From Ostreococcus lucimarinus (taxonomy: Eukaryota), in the NCBI GenBank assembly GCA_000092065.1, contig CP000584.1: a DNA stretch of 64,000 nt. The stretch is one strand, 5' to 3'. Shown in pieces: positions 59,770-64,000 of this stretch (within the stretch, counting starts at the first letter, position 1; each line of letters starts with the position of its first letter). Below the pieces are notes generated by a model. The model searched no databases. It worked only from the letters and a program-made list of their open reading frames with translations, and was not told the origin of the DNA. The position numbers and the translations under genes were made by a program.

Positions 59770-60663
59770 TTACGCGCCGCGACCGATTTGCGCGGCTTGA
59801 CCTTGCATCAAGCCCATGCGAATATCGCGGGACGCCTCCGCGACGGCGCCCGGACCGGAAGGCACAAAAATGGTCGAGTTGCCGCCTTGCGTGCCGACTT
59901 CCTTCATGGTGTCAAAGTACTGCGTCATCATCATCATCTCCAAAACGTCTTTGCTTGAGATACCATCCACAGATTCTTGGAAGTCAACCACGGATTCGCG
60001 CAAACCGGCGATGATGGCTTGACGTTGACGCGCCATCCCCGTACCCGCGAGATACTTGGACTCCGCATCGGCTTCGGCAGCCTTGACGACCATGATCTTA
60101 TCCGCCTCGGCGCGATCTTGCGCCGCGACTCTCGCGCGCTGCGCGGCGTTGATCTCGTTCATCGCCTGTTTGACTCGCGCGTCCGGCGCGATGTCCGTCA
60201 CGAGCGTGTTCATGATTTGATACCCGAATCCCTCCATCGACTTGCTCAGCAACTCCTTCACGCTCTGCGCGATCTCTTCCTTGCTCTCGAACACGTCGTC
60301 CAACTTGATCCTCGGCACCGTCGATCGCACGACGTCGAACACGTACGACCGAATCTGCGCCTTGGAATCCGTCAGTTTGTAAAACGCGTCGTACAATCGC
60401 GTCTCGTCCATCGACAGCACCTGATACTGCGTGCTCACGACGATCGTCACGAACACGTTATCCTTCGTCTTCGTCTCCACGCTCACGTCCAGCGACTGCA
60501 CGCGCGTCGACACCGTCCCCGCGACCGCCTGCCCGATGAACGGGTTCACGAAGTGGCACCCCTCGCGCGCGAAGAACGCAAACTTCCCGCACTGCTGGAT
60601 CACCTGCACCGTGCCCGTGGGCACGCACGTGAAGCAGCAGCACCCCGTGGGGCCGGCCGTCAT
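59770..60663 (-). CDS. Hypersensitive-induced-reaction (HIR) / band-7 SPFH-domain protein with an N-terminal Cys cluster (MTAGPTGCCCFTC).
   Basis: VQVIQQCGKFAFFAREGCHFVNPFIGQAVAGTVSTRVQSLDVSVETKTKDNVFVTIVVSTQYQV is collinear with plant HIR proteins. Confidence 0.85.
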   Translation of the reverse strand: MTAGPTGCCCFTCVPTGTVQVIQQCGKFAFFAREGCHFVNPFIGQAVAGTVSTRVQSLDVSVETKTKDNVFVTIVVSTQYQVLSMDETRLYDAFYKLTDSKAQIRSYVFDVVRSTVPRIKLDDVFESKEEIAQSVKELLSKSMEGFGYQIMNTLVTDIAPDARVKQAMNEINAAQRARVAAQDRAEADKIMVVKAAEADAESKYLAGTGMARQRQAIIAGLRESVVDFQESVDGISSKDVLEMMMMTQYFDTMKEVGTQGGNSTIFVPSGPGAVAEASRDIRMGLMQGQAAQIGRGA

Positions 60664-60755
60664 GTCGGTCGTCGTCGTCGTCGCGCGGCGATGTGCGTCG
60701 TCGTCGCGATGCGATGGCGCGCGAGATCGCCACGTGGCTTTTTTAAAAAATAAAA

Positions 60756-60814
60756 CTGTTTGCGCATATAAAAAGTATAAAAAGCCTTTTTATACTTTTT
60801 ATATGCGCAAACAG
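60756..60814. promoter_or_regulatory. AT-rich perfect inverted repeat (29-nt arms around a single C) with a TATAAAA box on each arm. Candidate bidirectional core promoter between the divergent HIR gene (-, ATG 60663) and the 60868 gene (+).
   Basis: ctgtttgcgcatataaaaagtataaaaag-c-ctttttatactttttatatgcgcaaacag. Flanked by tttttaaaaaataaaa. Everything around it is about two-thirds GC. Confidence 0.5.
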
Positions 60815-60867
60815 TCCGACGCTCTTTTCGACACCGCGCCGCTGGGCACGCCGGACAGCGACACACG

Positions 60868-61938
60868 ATGGCGACGGCGCGCGCGACCGCGGGCGCGCCG
60901 GCGCGCGCGACGACGGCGCGCTGGATCGCGACGCGATCGCGCGCGACGCGCGCGACGCGCGGGACCCGCGGCCGCGCGCGCGCGACGCCGAACGACGGCG
61001 AAGCGCACGCGGCGTACCTGCGAGACGTCGCGGCGACGCGCGCGCCGGCGGAGCTCGAGGCGCTCGCGCGCGTGCTCGACGCGCTGGGGTGCGAAACGAT
61101 CGCGCCGAACGCGCGGCGAGGGATCCACCCGCTGGTGATGCCGCTGGCGAGGACGCGCGAGGGAGGGGTGATCGGACTCATGGTGACCGAGGACGACGGC
61201 GAGGCGACGCCGGTGGTCGAGGTGCGGGACGGCGCGCACGCGACGATGCTGGCGAAGAGCGCGAGGGATTACGTGCACAGAGCGATCGTCGAGGAGGAAG
61301 CGATGAGCGATGAGCAGACGACGACGGTGGCGGCGGCGGCGGGCGCGGTGGGGGTGAGCCTGCACGCGCACGGGGCGTTTAAGACGTCGGGGAAGGAGTT
61401 CGACGTGTACGTGACGACGCAAATCGGGAAGTTTCCGTCGTCCATGGAGGGGCTGGTTCGGAGACACTTGAAACGAAACGACGAACAGTCGGCGTTGATC
61501 ACGTGTGATCTGTACAAGGCGACGTTCGGCGATTGGGGGGCGCCGCACGTGTTCATCTCTGATTTATATTCCAAATTAGGACGCGACGAGGAGGCGCGAG
61601 ACGCCGCGCGACAGGCGTTGCAAACGCCGTGGTCCACCATCGGCGGCAGAGACGCCATCACGCGAATGATTGACGTCGCCGGGTGGTCTGGTAAGACCGT
61701 GGCAGAGATCAAAGAAGTCCTAGAGAGCCGACGCGGTCCATCCGCGGCGGCGTTCGACGGCCCGAAGAGCGAAAAGCAACTCGCGCGCGAAGAGGGCGAG
61801 CTCTTGCTCGACCAAATCGCCGCGGGTGAGATCGAATCCTCGACCGTCAATCAGCGTTTGGCGGAGTGTTACATGAACGCCGGCAAGCCCGCGCTCGCGA
61901 AGTTCATCATGTGCGGCGCGGGGATGCCGGCGCTGTGA
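60868..61938 (+). CDS. Hypothetical protein, possibly organelle-targeted (Ala/Arg/Thr-rich N-terminus).
   Basis: 356-codon ORF. The second half has ordinary globular composition (e.g. FDVYVTTQIGKFPSSMEGLVRRHLKRNDEQSALITCDLYKATFGDWGAPHVFISDLYSKLG). No family recognised. Confidence 0.45.
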   Translation: MATARATAGAPARATTARWIATRSRATRATRGTRGRARATPNDGEAHAAYLRDVAATRAPAELEALARVLDALGCETIAPNARRGIHPLVMPLARTREGGVIGLMVTEDDGEATPVVEVRDGAHATMLAKSARDYVHRAIVEEEAMSDEQTTTVAAAAGAVGVSLHAHGAFKTSGKEFDVYVTTQIGKFPSSMEGLVRRHLKRNDEQSALITCDLYKATFGDWGAPHVFISDLYSKLGRDEEARDAARQALQTPWSTIGGRDAITRMIDVAGWSGKTVAEIKEVLESRRGPSAAAFDGPKSEKQLAREEGELLLDQIAAGEIESSTVNQRLAECYMNAGKPALAKFIMCGAGMPAL

Positions 61939-61991
61939 GCGCCGATAGCGAGCATTGGAATTTAATATCGAACCCCACAACGCGACTCAAC

Positions 61992-62582
61992 ATGATGCTC
62001 CGATCGCACGACGACGACGACGACCACGTCCGAAAGACGCTCGACGAGGCCGAAGACGACGCAGTCGAAGAATTTTTCACGCGTTGCCCGCGACTGACGC
62101 CACCGCGCGGACGAGGACGGACTCGCGCGCGCGACCGCGACGGTTGGCCTTCTGGCGCCGCCGCGCGCGCAAAGGGCGCGCGGTGTGCGACACCACACCC
62201 GACGGCGACGGCGTCGAGATTTTCGCACGGTACCGGCGATGAGATCGATTACGACGTCGTGCGCGTGAAGGCGTTCGCGGTGACACCGCCGGGCTGTTCT
62301 CCGCCAACGTCTCGTCGTCGATATCGCTCGGCGTCGTCCGACGACGACAACGACGAGAACCAGAGTCCGAAGGACGAACTTCGACGACTCAAGCGTCGAG
62401 GCGCTGAACGCGCCGAGAGACTGTTACACAGTGTGTCTCCCGTGAGGTTATCGCGAAAGCGACAGGCGCTCGAACAGGTTGAAGAAATTCGACGCCGCCA
62501 AGATAAAGTCATCGACGATATGGGTGTGTTGCTCGCGAAGATGCACTCGCTAAAGGTCGCGTCAAGTCGATCGAGCCCGTGA
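61992..62582 (+). CDS. Hypothetical acidic/basic low-complexity protein with a C-terminal helical segment. Weak.
   Basis: Poly-Asp run. ELRRLKRRGAERAERLL...QALEQVEEIRRRQDKVIDDMGVLLAKMHSL. Confidence 0.25.
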   Translation: MMLRSHDDDDDHVRKTLDEAEDDAVEEFFTRCPRLTPPRGRGRTRARDRDGWPSGAAARAKGARCATPHPTATASRFSHGTGDEIDYDVVRVKAFAVTPPGCSPPTSRRRYRSASSDDDNDENQSPKDELRRLKRRGAERAERLLHSVSPVRLSRKRQALEQVEEIRRRQDKVIDDMGVLLAKMHSLKVASSRSSP

Positions 62583-62651
62583 TGCGAGACGATCGACGCG
62601 ATATGATACGAACTGAACTACGTGATTCGATTATATGTACACTTTTGAACT

Positions 62652-63833
62652 CTACCCCGCGAGCGCCTCGTCGTCGGCGACGGTCATGGTCGCGTCCTCG
62701 GGCTCTTGCTTTAAAGTTTTCTTCGCCGTTGCGAGGGTTTTCTTCGCCACCGTGGACAATTGAGACGCCGACGGTTTCCCCGGTCGTTTCTTTGTGCTTT
62801 TCGCTTTCGTTTTCTGCGCCAACGGTGCCTCCGGCTCCATGGGAACGTCGATGACGACTTCAATCTTTGGTTCGATCGGCGCCGCCGCCGCCGCGTCGGG
62901 CTCCTCGGGCGCGGGCTTCGGTTTCGGCGGCAAGGGCGGATACCGCGCGCGCACCTTCTTAAACGCTTCGATCGTCGCGTACGGCATTCCAGTCACGGGA
63001 TCCTTATACTTTGCCGGCAAACCGGTGATGACGCACTTGTCCTTGTGCGCCGGAGTCGGCTTGTTTTGCCGCAACGGTTCGGGCGTCTCGGCGCCGCGCG
63101 CGAGCTCAATCATCGTCGCCCCCTCGTCGACTTTCGCCGAGCTGCGATACACCAACGATGGTCCTTCATACGCGTTCGAGACCGTCGGCGCCTTTTTCTT
63201 CATCTCCGCCTCCAGCGTGAGTAAACGTTCCAAATCAATCAAATTCCAATACTCCGTCTCCTTCGCCTCCTCGAGCAACTCCTCCTGCGTCCACGTCCTG
63301 TGTTCAACCTTTTGCCGCTCTTGCGCCGGTTTCGACGCGCGCTCCGCGCGCATTCGTTCGCTCCGCTCCAAAATCGCTTGCGCCGTCGACCGTTTCGATT
63401 TCCGCATCTCAAAATCCCCTCCCGCCGCCGCCGCCGCCGTCGTCGCCCTCGCCCCCCGCGCGTTCGCGTCGCCGCGCCCGTCCCCCACCGCCGCCGCCTC
63501 CCCCCCCTCGCCCGTCCCTCCTCCCCCCGCCCCTCGCGCATCCTTCCCTCGCCTTTCCGGCGCCTTCAGCGTCCTCTTCGCGCGTTCTCTCGCCACTCGC
63601 ACCTCTCCCTCGCTCTCGCTCGACTCGCTCTCGTCGAAGTCGTCCTCGAACACGTCCTCCGGCTCCTCCTCGCTCTCGTACGCGTCGTCCCCGCTCTCCT
63701 CCGCCAGCGCGTCTTGGTTCCAGAACGCCTCATCCGCGCTGTCCTCGTCCTCGAGCAGCGTCGCGAGCCGTCGTCCGCGCGTCGATCGCGACGGCAGCGC
63801 CGAGACGTACCGCGGCGCGTCCGCCGCGCCCAT
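62652..63833 (-). CDS. YL1/Vps72-family nuclear protein (SWR1/SRCAP chromatin-remodelling complex subunit) with the YL1 C-terminal domain.
   Basis: Acidic N-terminus LLEDEDSADEAFW...ESEEEPEDVFEDDFDESE. C-terminal KCVITGLPAKYKDPVTGMPYATIEAFKKVRARY. Confidence 0.7.
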   Translation of the reverse strand: MGAADAPRYVSALPSRSTRGRRLATLLEDEDSADEAFWNQDALAEESGDDAYESEEEPEDVFEDDFDESESSESEGEVRVARERAKRTLKAPERRGKDARGAGGGGTGEGGEAAAVGDGRGDANARGARATTAAAAAGGDFEMRKSKRSTAQAILERSERMRAERASKPAQERQKVEHRTWTQEELLEEAKETEYWNLIDLERLLTLEAEMKKKAPTVSNAYEGPSLVYRSSAKVDEGATMIELARGAETPEPLRQNKPTPAHKDKCVITGLPAKYKDPVTGMPYATIEAFKKVRARYPPLPPKPKPAPEEPDAAAAAPIEPKIEVVIDVPMEPEAPLAQKTKAKSTKKRPGKPSASQLSTVAKKTLATAKKTLKQEPEDATMTVADDEALAG

Positions 63834-64000
63834 CGTCGCGCGCGCGTCGCGCGTCGCGCGTCGCGGCGTCGCGTCGCTCGAATCGCCGCGCACGGCGCCG
63901 ATCCGCGCGCACGCGCGCGCGTCGCGAATCCGCGCGTCGCGACGTCGCGTCGCGAATCCGCGTCGTCCAATGCCGCCGACGACGCGCGCGCGACACGACG

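Noticed and set aside
1-64000. A prokaryotic or operon interpretation, and a search for CRISPR, rRNA and tRNA.
   Set aside because: The window contains spliceosomal introns and strictly eukaryotic genes (TERT, GCP, PP4c, PIG-U, POP5, YL1). Eukaryote-type 3' signals are present. No repeat-spacer arrays, rRNA-like conserved stretches or cloverleaf-like tRNA candidates were spotted by eye. A tRNAscan or Infernal run would be needed to exclude small RNAs.

Overview
This window is nuclear DNA from a very GC-rich, gene-dense eukaryote. The likeliest source is a Mamiellophyceae picoalga (Micromonas-like prasinophyte); that assignment is inference. It rests on green-lineage genes (a plastid-type sigma-70 factor, a soluble acyl-ACP desaturase, a CONSTANS-like B-box/CCT protein, a HIR/band-7 protein, an H+-pyrophosphatase), strictly eukaryotic genes (TERT, gamma-tubulin complex protein, PP4c, PIG-U, POP5, YL1) and recurring TGTAA motifs downstream of stop codons. 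I count about 40 protein-coding genes on both strands, often less than 100-500 bp apart and frequently head-to-head. Most are single-exon. Three genes needed a short intron to restore a conserved N-terminus that the ORF track splits or misses. All three introns begin GTGCG and carry a TGACTGACG branch-like motif 25-35 nt before the AG. Many long Arg/Ala-rich ORFs lie antisense to real genes and are treated as GC-driven artefacts. No rRNA, tRNA, CRISPR array or obvious transposon was recognised.

The most striking feature is an uninterrupted 12,051-nt ORF at 27321-39371. It encodes a 4016-aa secreted, C-terminally membrane-anchored protein with extensin-like PPSPPP blocks, an EF-hand loop and several internal duplications. 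Its G+C content looks lower than its neighbours, and it has no family assignment from sequence alone. Other points of interest are a single-exon TERT gene, an AT-rich perfect palindrome carrying back-to-back TATA boxes between two divergent genes, a tandemly duplicated ~120-bp element with splice-site-like motifs, and a divergently arranged pair of lipid desaturase genes.
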